The notes: generated by a model from the letters alone, not told the origin. 62,886 bases of DNA, filler included, from Octopus bimaculoides (GCF_001194135.2; 7 parts of 7 records of this genome joined end to end with filler, not necessarily neighbours in it), one strand, 5' to 3'. Counted from the whole stretch's first letter, positions 12,311 through 24,540 are shown. A program made the numbers and translations.

Positions 12311-13106
12311 GTGGGTGGGTTCATTTTTAGTATTCTCGTTTCCATGCTGGCATAAGGTAGACAGTCTGACTGGAACTAGAAAGCTGGAAGAGCTGCATCA
12401 TGCTCCAGTCTGTTTTGGTGTGATTTCTGTGGTTGGATGCCCTTATCAATGCCAACCACTCCAAAGAGTGTACTGGGTGCCTTTAATATGTCATCGGTAC
12501 AGGTGCTTTTAACATGTCACTGGCAACGGGTATCATTCATGCATCACCAGCGCTGGCAATGGCCATGGTTCAACTAAATTTGATGTGTCTTCTCAAGCAC
12601 AGAAAATCACCAGCATCAAAATTCTATGTCAGTTGACTAATTTTTGTCAGCACTAGTGAATGGCATTACCATATCATGTGATTTCACCATATTGTAGATC
12701 ATCAGCAGTTGGAAGCCAAACACCAAATGCCAGAGAGAAAATCAGTCAAATCTATATAGAATACTGGCCAAACAGCCAGTGATGTAGTGAAAAGCTGGCA
12801 GGCTGTGTATAAATTAGCTATTAGTGACAGAAGTAGCCTTTGTAACATATATTAATTAGCACATCCAAATTAACCTGGAAAGATTAATATTCAAATTTCT
12901 GTCAGCTTATCAATATTCTAATGGCAGATATGCATACAGCCTGTATTAACTTAGTGAAGAATCAAGAGAAATGAGTTTCTGTACACTGCACGTGTGGGCA
13001 TGTATGCATTTGTTATAGTGTTGCAAATTATGGAACAGTTGTAGCAGTACAAATGTAGTTAATAGTTACAGATGAGTGGAAAATAAGTGAGGTAGTTAAT
13101 GCTTAA

Positions 13107-13326
13107 CCCCTAACCCTTTAGCATTTAAAACAGCCACATCTGGCCCATATATTATATCTGTTTTATGATCAAGCTGGCCAGATCCGGCATTGCATACCTA
13201 CCCTACAATGTCATTCTAAAAATATACACTGACATTGAGATCTTAAAGGTACAAGACAATACCTGAGTAATTCAAAATAATATGAATAAGCATCACATTT
13301 GAGAAAGTAATCAGAATACCAAAGGG
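13107..13326. mobile_element. piggyBac-type MITE (second family)
   Basis: TTAA at 13103-13106 and 13327-13330. Ends (TAA)CCCTTTAGCATT / AATACCAAAGGG(TTAA) are imperfect inverted repeats. Confidence 0.65.
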
Positions 13327-13548
13327 TTAAATAAGCTTTGATGAAACAGACCAGCAATCTCTCATCATACATCCCAGCCATGACTATCACAAGGATCTTT
13401 TTACAAACATGGTATGTCTAGGAGTACATTAACCAATGCATCTTTCTTATTTGAAATTGAGGGATGAGATTTAAGGATGATTTGGCATGTATCTTGTATT
13501 TCTGGAAATTCAATAAACACATAGAAGCTCCTTATTTACCTTTTTATT

Positions 13549-13945
13549 GGTGCAGGCATGACTATGTGGTAAGAAGCTTGCTTTCCAACCACATGGTTCC
13601 AGGTTCAGTTCCACTGCATGGCACCTTGGGCAAGTGTCTTTTACTATAGCCTCAGACTAACCATAAATGTATTTGGTAGACGGAAACTGAAAGAACCCCA
13701 TCGTATGTGTGTGTGTTTCTTTGTGTGTGTGTTTCTTTGTGTCTGTGTTTGTCCCCACCACCACTTGAAAACCAGCGTTGTTGTGTTTATGTCCCTGTAA
13801 TCTAGCAGTTCAGCAAAAGTGACTGACAGAGTAAGTATGAGGCTTTAAAAAGAAAGTACTGGAATTGATACATTCAGCTAAAAATTGTCCAAGGCAGTGC
13901 CCCAGCATGGCCACAGTTTAATGACTGAAACACATAAAAGATAAA
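13549..13945 (+). mobile_element. SINE family A, full length
   Basis: GGTGCAGGCATGACTATGTGGTAAGAAGC head, CACCTTGGGCAAGTGTCTT, internal (TG)n, tail GGCAGTGCCCCAGCATGGCCACAG...GACTGAAAC. Confidence 0.9.
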
Positions 13946-14469
13946 AAAAAAACAAGATGAGGGTTTACTAATTAGGTATTCTGTTTCATTACGTAACTTT
14001 TTTAACTCTTTCATTCTGCACTGTCTATCATATTTGTCTACATCCACCATGATCTCTAGATGGTATTTATTATATAACAGATGTAAAGAAGATGCAAGCC
14101 CCACGCTCACCTCTCCTATGTTTGTCAGAAGATCTGATTCTGAGTTAGTGGGAAAGAGAAACACTCAGATAAAGATTTAACTGCACTTGTCACTATCTCT
14201 GTTTTTATCTTTTACGTGTTTCAGTCATTAGACTGCGGCCATGCTGGGGCACTACCTTAATGAATTTTTAGTTAGTTGAACGAATTGACTCCAGCACTTA
14301 TTTCTTTCTTTAAAGATTCGTACTTATTCTATCAGTCTCTTATGCCTAGCCGCTAACTTACAGGGATATAAACACACCAGCACCGCTTGTCAAGTGGTGG
14401 TGGGGAACAAACACAGACACACACACACAAATAATAATAATAATAATAATAATAACATAAGCAAAACAA

Positions 14470-14900
14470 ATACCTTAGGAATGAGAACCCAGGGTTGGGT
14501 TCAAAATTCCACCTGATGAAGGCTGGAGAGTAAATCAGTCAAAACACTGTGGTATCAACATACAAGATGAGGACAAATATCCGTCAAATGTAAATAATGT
14601 AAGTAATGTGCAGAATTCCTCACCTCTAAAATATAGAACAGTATTATCTAATTGGTATGGAGCTGAAGTTAGGCCGAATTCAATTCCATACAGTGTCTTG
14701 AATAAATAGTAATAATAATAATAATAACATCAGCAAACGAAGTACCTTAGGAATGAGAACCCAGAATTGGGTCCAAAATTCCACCAGAACACTTGATGAA
14801 GGCTGAGTAAATCAGCTAAAACATGGTAACAACAAACAAGATGAGGTCACATATCTGTCCAATCTAAATAATGTAAATAATGTACAGAATTCCTCATCAT
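14470..14900 (+). mobile_element. Two tandem copies of an (AAT)n-associated short repeat carrying a degenerate hammerhead ribozyme motif
   Basis: Both begin after (AAT)n with TACCTTAGGAATGAGAACCCAG and contain (C/T)TGATGAAGGCTG...CAG...AAAAC. They are homologous to the copy at 53235-53370. Confidence 0.7.
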
Positions 14901-15689
14901 AAAAAAAATATAAAACAGGCACACACATACATACATACACAAGCACACACATATGATGGGCTTCTTTTCAGTTTCTATCAACCAAATCCACTCACAAGGT
15001 TTTGGTCGACCCAAGGCTATACTAGAAAACACTTGCCCAAGGTGCCACACAGTGAGACAGAACCTGAAACCTTGTGTTTGGGAAGCATGCTTCTTACCAC
15101 ACAGCCACACCTTATTTTCTAATCCTGAATGTATACAAAGCAAAGGGAAAAATTGGCTTTGGCAGAATATGAACAAAGAATGTAAAGAACTAGAATAAAT
15201 ACCCCAAGGCATTTTTGATGTTCTAATGATTTTGCTAATTCCCAGCATTTTCTATTAATAATTCAATATAATTGCCATGTTAAAGAAAAGGAAGTTGAAA
15301 ATAGTTGCATCTGTTCGAGACAGAAATATCAGCACTTCAAGAATTTCTGTAGAAAGCCTCACTTTCAGACACACAACTGTGTCAATAGAAAGATTAATTT
15401 TCAAATTTCTGCCAGTTTATTAATATTCTAATGGCAGAAATAAATCTCATCTGTATAAACTTTCCAGTGAGGAATCAACAAATGAGCTTATGCAAAGTCA
15501 ATCAGTCTGCTAGAAATAGCAACAAATTGTTGCTCAAATCATACAACTCAACACACCAACTCCCTACAAGGTCAGTCAAGCTGCTTCTAGTAGTATCAAC
15601 TTTTCACTTGAGTCATACAATTCTACAAAAGCCTCTATGTCATTGCTTGCCCTGCTAAACATAGCAGTAAAATCTTCATCAAACTATTA

Positions 15690-16135
15690 CATTATATTAC
15701 ATATCCCGTGTTTGGATAACCACTGGGGCACAACTGATGACTTTGCAGCCAGAGCCCTCCACTCATCTCTGTCTTCTGCTTCTCACACCGTTTCTTGCAT
15801 CTTTAAGCCTGTCCACTCACAGATGTTGTTTTCTCACTTCTTTTTCTGTCTGCTTCTGCATCTGCCACCTTTAACTGTTCCCTGAAGGATTGTTTTGGCC
15901 ATCCCTGATGAGCATGTGACATACCCACACCACCTGAGCTTGTGCTTCTTTACTGAGGTTAGAAGTTCCTCATAAGGCCCTATTGCCTGCTTTCTTCTTT
16001 TCACTTCCTCATTTGTGACATGATCTCTGTATGATATTCCCAAAAGTCTCCTGAAACATTTCATCTCCATAGCCTGGATTCTTCTTTCGTTTTCTGCTGT
16101 CAGTGTCCATGTCTCACAGACACAGAGGAATATTG
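15690..16135 (-). mobile_element. RTE-clade LINE 3' end
   Basis: ORF 15834-16166: CETWTLTAENERRIQAMEMKCFRRLLGISYRDHVTNEEV...KLRWCGYV...AKTILQGTVKGGRCRSRQKK is the typical RTE C-terminal region. Confidence 0.9.
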
Positions 16136-16834
16136 AGATGACCTTTATTAATGAAGGAAGTATCACTGAACACAGATACAGGCATACAATGGAGGAGAAA
16201 GAGAGAGAAAGGGAACAAAAACAGAAAAGAGAAAGTGAGAGTGAGAGAGAGAATGAGGTGGGGATACATTAGTAGAAATATGGCAGTGCAGTTAAGAAAT
16301 TCACCTCTCAACCACATGACTTCTGGTTCAGTCCCACAGCAATGTTTCTTGGGCATGTGTTTTCTTTTATAACTATTGACCAATGAAAGCCTTCTACATG
16401 AATTTGGTTGAAAAGATTTAAAGAAGCCTGACATATCTCTCCTCTTTCTACACATATATATATATATAATATATATATATACATACAAACTAGCAGCGAT
16501 ATCCGGCATTGCTCGGTATTAAAATGGCATAGTTTTTTTATTGTCTTACTTGTTTCAGTCATGTGACTGTAGCCATTCTGGAGTACTGCCTTTAGTCGAA
16601 CAAATCAACCCCAAGATTTATTCTTTGTAACCCTAGTACTTATTCTATTAGTGTATTTTCCAAAACTGGTAAGTTACAGGGACATAAACACAGCAACATC
16701 GGTTGTCAAGCGATGGTGAGGGTATAAACACAGACACACACACAAATATACACATATATACGACAGTTTTCTTTCAGTTACCATGTACAAAATCCACTCA
16801 CAAGGCTTTGGTTGATCTGAGGCTATAATATATA

Positions 16835-16976
16835 TATATTCTTCTTGTTTTTGCCTTTGTGAGTTACAAGTAATGCTATCTGTTGGAGTCTCAGGTTTTT
16901 TAGCTGCTATTTCTGAACTTCGGTATGTGGTGAAGCAAATGCTTGCTGATCCCTTAATTATGTTTATATATATATA
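16835..16976 (-). repeat. (TA)n-flanked interspersed repeat (copies at 27410-27674 and 34720-34976)
   Basis: Shares TTTTTAGCTGCTATTTCTGAACTTCGGTAT(G/A)TGGTGAAGCAAAT..TTGCTGATCCCTTAATTAT among three loci. Family unassigned. Confidence 0.8.
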
Positions 16977-17416
16977 NNNNNNNNNNNNNNNNNNNNNNNN
17001 NNNNNNNNNNNNNNNNNNNNNNNNNNNNNNNNNNNNNNNNNNNNNNNNNNNNNNNNNNNNNNNNNNNNNNNNNNNNNNNNNNNNNNNNNNNNNNNNNNNN
17101 NNNNNNNNNNNNNNNNNNNNNNNNNNNNNNNNNNNNNNNNNNNNNNNNNNNNNNNNNNNNNNNNNNNNNNNNNNNNNNNNNNNNNNNNNNNNNNNNNNNN
17201 NNNNNNNNNNNNNNNNNNNNNNNNNNNNNNNNNNNNNNNNNNNNNNNNNNNNNNNNNNNNNNNNNNNNNNNNNNNNNNNNNNNNNNNNNNNNNNNNNNNN
17301 NNNNNNNNNNNNNNNNNNNNNNNNNNNNNNNNNNNNNNNNNNNNNNNNNNNNNNNNNNNNNNNNNNNNNNNNNNNNNNNNNNNNNNNNNNNNNNNNNNNN
17401 NNNNNNNNNNNNNNNN

Positions 17417-17449
<33 letters not shown>

Positions 17450-17450
17450 T

Positions 17451-19870
17451 GATTTGGTTTGATGTGATCTAGTTTCAGCTCATAAGCTGTGGCCATGCTG
17501 AGGCACTGCCATTTGGTGTTGCTACATAATTTTACTTCACTAATTCTTTTTAGAAATTGATATTTGGTGCATGAGGGTGTTTGATGCTGCTGCCCTCATT
17601 TGCACTTCCTGCTGTGAAGTTGGTTAACCTGCAACACTTGACAGTAAGAGGTCCAGTTTCATTTTGAAAACACCTACTTCCACCCCATGCAGGTCTCACA
17701 GATCCTTCGGGAAGATATTGAAGGGCTGTGATTCCCTAAAGCCCAGGCTGTTGTCTTATATCTTCATGGCAAATTTGGAATTGGCACCCTGTTCTAGCAT
17801 TAGTGTAACTCTCGATGCCAAAGTTTGGGACAAGTCCCTCCAGGATCTTCCAGATGTATATTATGGCATATCTTTCTTACCTATGCTCTAAGGAATAGAG
17901 TCTTGATCTCTTGAGTCTTTCCCAGTAGTTTATATGCTGCATAGAGGTTATCTTCATGTAGCTTCATTGGATTGCTTCGAGTTCTGCAATTAGTTTGGCA
18001 CTGGTTGGTGACCATAGCTGGGAGCAATAGCTAAAGTGGCTTAGGACAAGTGTCCTCCAGAGGACCATCATGGTTTCCCAATCTCTTGTTCTAAAAGTTC
18101 TAAGAATCTATCCGGTCAGCCGCCTGCATTTCATTGCCAACTTAGCAACATGCACATGGAAGGATGCATCATTGCTCATGCAAATGCCCAGGTCTCACAC
18201 TGACTGTGTCTCTGGAATTGCAATCCCTCCAGGTCCAGCGTATTTAATTGGTATTGTATTTAGTTTTGCATGCTGATAGCACAAGGCTTGAAACTATTCA
18301 GTATTAAACTGCGTGCTATTCTTTTCAGCCCATATGTATATTTTATCCAACTCACATTGTAGGTGCATAGTGTCTTCAGAGTTCTGTATCACATGTGAGA
18401 CTTCCGTACCATCTGCATAACTTGTGATCATGGCTCTCTGTGTGCCTAAGGGCATATCTGAGAGTATGAACAGTAGTATGAACTATTTAGGAACAGTAGT
18501 GGTCCCACAACAGTGCCTTGCAGAACACTGCTCACTATTTGCGTGTCATTGGAGGTGGCCCCATTGGGTACTACCACTTGCTTTTTATCCCTCAGAAAGT
18601 CATGCAGCCATTCACCCAATTTCCTGATTATGCCGAGATCATGCAGTTTGTGACATATCATTCCATGATTGACTTTAGCAAAGTCCTTTGCAAAGTCGAG
18701 ATATATCACTTCCACATTTGAGTGGTTGAGCAGCTGTTTCAACACCCAGTCATTGTGTTGTAAGAGCTGAGTCAGGCAACTTCTTCCTGGTCAGAAACCA
18801 TGTTGGGTGTCAGTCATCAATTCATTTTCCTCAAGGAAAGTGATTAGTTTTCTTCTGACTATTCATTCCATGACTTTCCTGGTGTGCAAGGTCAGCGAGA
18901 TAGGTCTGTAGTTTTTGGCCTCTGCTCTGCTGCCTCATGTATAAATAGAACATATTTTACTTTCCTTCAGCTTGCTTAGAAGTTTGCCAGTTGCAAGGAA
19001 GCTCTGAAAGGACTGCAGTGGTCTTGATAGGACTCACCTACATGCTTTTAGAAGGATTGCTGGGAATCCAACAGGGCCAGTAGCTGAGTTCAAGTTCATT
19101 TCATCTATAGCCCTTATTACATCGTCTTCTTTTATATTGATGTAATCAATCATCACTGCCTCTGTTTTTATATATGCAGCAGTAAAAAAAGTCAGCTGGA
19201 TTGCTGACTTGCAAGTGTCCTATGGGTGGAGTGAAAACACTTTTGAATTGCTCATTTCACTTATCCTCATTGGGTTTCCTGTGAGTGGACCATCTTTTTC
19301 AAGGAGTGGCCCTACACTGCAGTGCACTGAGGCTGTTTCTTTGGCAAGCTTGTGGAAGGCTCTGGGGTTAGATTTTATATTGTCTATAGCCTAAGCTTCT
19401 TTGTCTGCTCTTTCATTTTCATGGGTGAGTTGCAGATTTTTTCAATTTCCAACAGTTGTATTTTCAGGTGGGATTTTTCACTGCTTTCAATTTGTTTGTT
19501 TAGGCAATTTGAAATTTTTGTATGCTATCTCATAAGAATTTTCCTCTCCTTGGGGATTTTGTTCTTGTGTACAGTGGGCTTTCTCTGTGGGACACATTTG
19601 TAACATGTGACTTGCATTACAGACATGAATTGTTGAAGTTTCATGTCGACGTCAGGTGAGGAGAGACATTTAGGCCAGTTTTGTTTGAGGGTCTCTTTCT
19701 CAATTTGCTTTCAGTTTGCCTTAAGGAAGTTCAAGCTGGAAAGATTTTGAGAATTTCTTGTAGGCTGCATATCTATGGTTTCCTTTGGTCCATACATGGT
19801 CACCATGTCATGATCCAAGAGAAGAGTCGGTGTCACTTTCAAATTATGGATGAGATCCATATTATTTGTC
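17451..19870 (-). mobile_element. 5'-truncated, decayed CR1/L2-group LINE ORF2 (end of APE endonuclease + RT + 3' UTR)
   Basis: Minus strand: DHDMV...LNFLKAN, NYRPISLT, QHG..PGRSCLTQLL, VIYLDFAKDFAKVNH, LQGTVVGPLLFL. Numerous stops and frameshifts. Confidence 0.9.
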
Positions 19871-19889
19871 TGCTCTTTCATATATATAA

Positions 19890-19933
<44 letters not shown>

Positions 19934-21284
19934 CTTTTTTCCTCCTCTTATTTTTCTTCCTTTCTCTCTTTCCCCCTCTCTCACATTTCTTGGCCCTCTC
20001 TTTCTTTGACTCCCACTATTTCCCACTCATTTATTTCCCCTGCATCTTTCCCTTTGTCTTTGATTTTCTTTCTAATCCTCCAATCCCACTGTCCCTACCA
20101 ATCTCTCCTCCTTCCACGTGATCGGTTTCCAGCCAGCCATGATCTTTCTTTCTTGGCCTGACTGCCGACCCTGAACACGTCTTGTGTCCATCTCCCATGT
20201 CCCTGCCTTTAGGCTTTTACTTCAGATACGCCAACTCAATTTGAATCGTTCTCAGTGGAAAGATGCCTGTTGTTATTTCTTGTTGTATTCGTAACTGTGT
20301 ACTATATTCTCCGTTTTTTTGCTTGTTTGTTTTTTTTTCCATCTTTGTTGCTGTACGCATTCATTAACTTTCTTACAAAGGGGTCTAATGCTCTTCACTT
20401 AGACTTTTTCAAGGACAATCAGAACGAACCATCTCAAGTGTAACTGTCTGAAATGGTCATGACTTCTGGTTCTGATGAAAGAAAGCCAAGAATGACCTGT
20501 CTTTTTTTGCCTGTCCTTCTAATTGTTGTTTCTCTTGTCGGCCTTTGTGTCATCTATCTGTCCGAATGTTTTAATGCCCTCTNNNNNNNNNNTTTGTGTC
20601 ATCTATCTGTCCGAATCTTTTAATGCCCTCTGCGTTTTTGTTCCATATATGTGTGTGTATGTGTGCGTGTGCGTGTGCATGTGTGTGTGTGTGTGAAATA
20701 TGTGTTTCAATGACATAACAATGCAGAGTGGACCATAATAAGTGTTTTAATTCAATTATCTATTGTCTGATATAATAATAATATTTCAGAATATAAAAAT
20801 TCCTTCAAATATCGCTAGGAATTGATTGAGTCACTGCTATAATCCATTTTCCAATTCTTGCTGAATTTTTCTTTTTCCTGGAAGCATCTCTGTGGTGGTC
20901 TCATGGACCTCCTTCTGGAATTCCTCATGTGAAGTGCGTGAGGTCAGCCATGCCTCAAGCTCATGTGTGTTGGTACATCCGTAGTACTGCTTCTAAGTTA
21001 TGTATTATACGAGCAGGAATAAACTGACAGAATGCTACATGGGTTTCCTTGCAGAACCTGTTCTATTCCTTTGCTTTTGGAGTCCAAATTCCTAACATTG
21101 TTCTCTTCATGGAAAAGTATATGTCAGCAATACCCAGTAGGTGGTCCAGAATCAGATAGAGAGATATGTTTGCAGTAACATCTTGGAAACATCTATGCAA
21201 AAGCCAGTGAGGCCTCAAATGACATGGAATAAATGGTAGGACCGAAAGAAAAACAAAAGAAACAAAAATATGATGGGATAAGTT

Positions 21285-21535
21285 ACATTGTTGGCTCATT
21301 AGTTATGCTAATTATTGGCTCATTTAATTTTGTTGATTGTTGTACCCATAATTGTTAATTATTATTTCAATAATTATGTTTACTCTTGGCTCAGTAATAA
21401 TGCTGCCTATTGATTCAATAATTGTTTTAACTGTTGGCTCAATAATCATATTAGCTGGTAGCTCAATATCTATGCTTAGTATTTGTTCAATTACCATGTT
21501 AACTCTTGGCTCAATAATTATGTCATCATTGGACT
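21285..21535 (-). repeat. Degenerate ~24-bp minisatellite
   Basis: Recurring ATTATTGAGCCAA core. The minus frame shows 8-aa periodicity (IIEPRVNM/VIEQILSI/DIELPANM/IIEPTVKT/IIESIGSI/ITEPRVNI). Confidence 0.7.
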
Positions 21536-22759
21536 TGTTAATTCTCTCTAAATATTCCACTTACAGATGAGTACTAATTGATTCTGTAATTATCTGTCTG
21601 CAATGTTTTTCACTGCAGGTGAAACACAGTTTCACATGAAAATTGCTTGTTTACAGTTTGCAAAAGTTTCAATAAATATTTCTTCTGAAATCATTTTTTG
21701 TATTAGAATTCTTTCTCTCTTTTTTTTTTTTTTCATTTTCATTTCTTCTTCCAGAATTTTTTGAGTATCAACAGAATATGTATTTATATTGACAGATACA
21801 TTATTATATTGTAGGAATGATGTTTGTTACTATGTAATCTTCATAAACTATATTCACTGACATAAATATTCATATCCTTAGTTTCTGTTGGACTAATATC
21901 AATCTCTACTAAAGTATTATTATATAAACCATCATACTAATCCTATTATATACACATACAAATGTGTCATACATTTAATGTGCATGTATACACTTGGGTA
22001 AAAAAAATTTGACAGGTATTATGCTCACAGTCTTTGTTAATTTTAAAAAGTATATAATACATACACTGTCCTCATTGTAATATATGACTACTTCTCAATA
22101 TCAACAGTGTTGCTCCTGTTGATATAGATTTTATCTCACAATTACTGAGACAACATATAATCAGTTACACACACACACACACACATATATATATTTATAT
22201 ACACACACATACACATACACTCCCAGGCACACACACACACACACACATACACTCAGCAGCCTTTTATATGCTGGCATAGGTTGCATGGTTTTCTGAGGCA
22301 GTGTTTTAGAAGGTGAATCACAATATGCAGGGTACCTACTCAAAATCTTGATATCTTATATTGGCTCAAGCTTTGTCAGCATAGAAAGGGGACAGGGATG
22401 GGATAAAATGATAACATGTATTATACATGTGAGGTGGTGAGCTGGCAAAATGATTAGTAGCATTTCAACCATATTTCTGTCCTGAGTTCAGATTTCACAA
22501 AGATTGACTTTGCCTTTCATTCTTTCAGGCTCAATAAAATAAGTACCAGTGGAGCACTGGGTTTGATGTAATCGAATTACTCCCTACCCTTGAAATTGCT
22601 GGTCCTGTGCCAAAACTTGAAAATATTATATATTATACATATGTATGTGATGTGTTTTGGGTAAGGAGGTATGGCCTTAGAATATTTTCAGAAGACTCTT
22701 CTCTAAAAGGCACCTGTTTTGTGAGATGGTGAATCCTTGCCAGGAAAGTTTTGTTTTGA

Positions 22760-23690
22760 TCTTATTGGCAGAACAGCATCTGCTGTGACTGTAGAGACCT
22801 ACACGTGAGTGAGAGTCCTGGCTACAGTAATTTCATTTGAAGCACTGCCTGCCATCTTTGTGCCAGTGCTATTTTCCTATTGACTTTGTTTTTCTTCTTT
22901 GTCTTTTTTTTTGTCATCTTTTCAAACCCTTGCCAAGTTCCAGTTACCAGTGGGAGTGATCACCAACAATATTTTCCCACATTTCAACTTTCATGTAAAT
23001 ACACTTTGTGTCTCTCTTATCGATATCTTTGGAACATAGATGGGACTGCCCTTGTGTTCTCTTACCAGGGACCAGTTCCCCATACCACGTGCTTTTCTAA
23101 ATCCTCCCATCTTGCTTGCTGTGTATGTGCCCAGCCAATGGTGAACTGACTATTATAGTAGCATAAGAAGGCTTGGTACTTTGGCATGTGCTAGGATCTC
23201 ATTGTTGGTGACTTGATCATTTCCCTTGATATTCAGAATTTGTCTCAGATCACATTGCTGGAAGTCACTGGGATGCTGCTCTTGTCTGAAAGAGATGCTT
23301 TACAGTATCATAAAGCAGTATTCTGAGAGTGCAAGCTTTGTAGACTGCAGCTTTTGCATGCACTGTTAGCCTACTTTTCTCTCAGACATTTGCTGCTAGC
23401 CTGGCTAAAACTGAAAGTAACTTTTACAGTTTGTCTGTTAATCTCAGGCTCAAGAAAGACATTGTCTATGGTTGAGTAGCCAAGGATTACCCTGAGCTTG
23501 GAATTGCCTCCTCCTCCCTTCTTCTTCTTGCAACTGTAGCTGTTGATGGTAGTAGTAAGAGATTGCTCAGTACCTTGTCCCAGTATTTCTGTCTTTATCA
23601 GACTGATAGTCACTTCATGAAGTTTTTACAGACTTTTGTGGAAGTCTTACCATTTACATACAAACTTCAATGTGATTCTCTGAAGAGACA
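22760..23690 (-). mobile_element. RTE (BovB/Expander-like) LINE 3' fragment
   Basis: Degenerate translation TISLIKTEILGQG...LGYST.DN..LEPEINR...AVYKACTL.ILL...WLG... ending in SHSRVGLYSHSRCCS, the RTE C-terminal C..SRIGL.SH.R motif. Confidence 0.8.
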
Positions 23691-24540
23691 AGTTAGTATA
23701 ATTTTTTAAAGAAATTTTTAAAAGAAGAAAACTTTTAAGAAATAATTAAATCAATTCCTATTTAACCAATTAATTCAAAGTAATCAATAATAAAATCAAT
23801 TCCCATTTAACCAATTATTTCAATCAAAATTATAATTCACAATTATTATAATATGAAAAAACTTTTTGTTGAATGATAGAAATATGCAACAGCAAACATA
23901 AAACCAATTTATTTCATATTTTTTTTTCTTGTTTCAGAGTAATTCCCCAATGATCACACTGACAAATAATTACATATATACGAATACACTCACAAATAGA
24001 TACTTTATCATAGTGTGGAAGTGTAGAATGGATAGCAAAATTTCTAAATCTTCTTAGGAATTGTTGGAGCAAAAATATTGTTTTTTTCCTTTCACTTCTG
24101 TATATAATTCTTTAACTGAACTGTTCAACCATGAAGACAAAATGGCTCCTATTTTTACTTCAAGTTTATGGAATGCATAAAATTTAGAAACTAATGTTTG
24201 AAGTAGTTGTATCTCTGGAAGGGAGATGTCGGAACCAGACTGATGCAGAAAATGTCAATGCTAACTGGGTCTTATGGATTAATGTGGCAGTAATCCATCA
24301 ATTATAGCAAACTATGAGATGGAGAAAAGTCATGCCAGAGAAGAAAGGAGGGGATAGTGGAGGAGGGGGAGNNNNNNNNNNNNNNNNNNNNNNNNNNNNN
24401 NNNNNNNNNNNNNNNNNNNNNNNNNNNNNNNNNNNNNNNNNNNNNNNNNNNNNNNNNNNNNGGGGGATAAGGGGGGAGGGGAGAAGTGGGAAGGGGAGGT
24501 GTAGGAGGGGTGCAGAGACAAAGAAGAAAGGGGAGAGAAG

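Noticed and set aside
20544-20631. 39-bp near-identical duplication around a 10-N gap (similar 20-bp case at 56920-56969)
   Set aside because: Overlapping contig ends or an allelic overlap left unmerged by the assembler.
20837-20992. Minus frame KQYYGCTNTHELEAWLTSRTSHEEFQKEVHETTTEMLPGKRKIQQELENGL*
   Set aside because: Its phase does not join the neighbouring candidate exon, there is no donor, and it may be a decayed LINE ORF2 remnant. I could not assign it.
22065-22144. Minus-strand segment with good acceptor and GTATGT donor
   Set aside because: All three frames contain stops with either acceptor.
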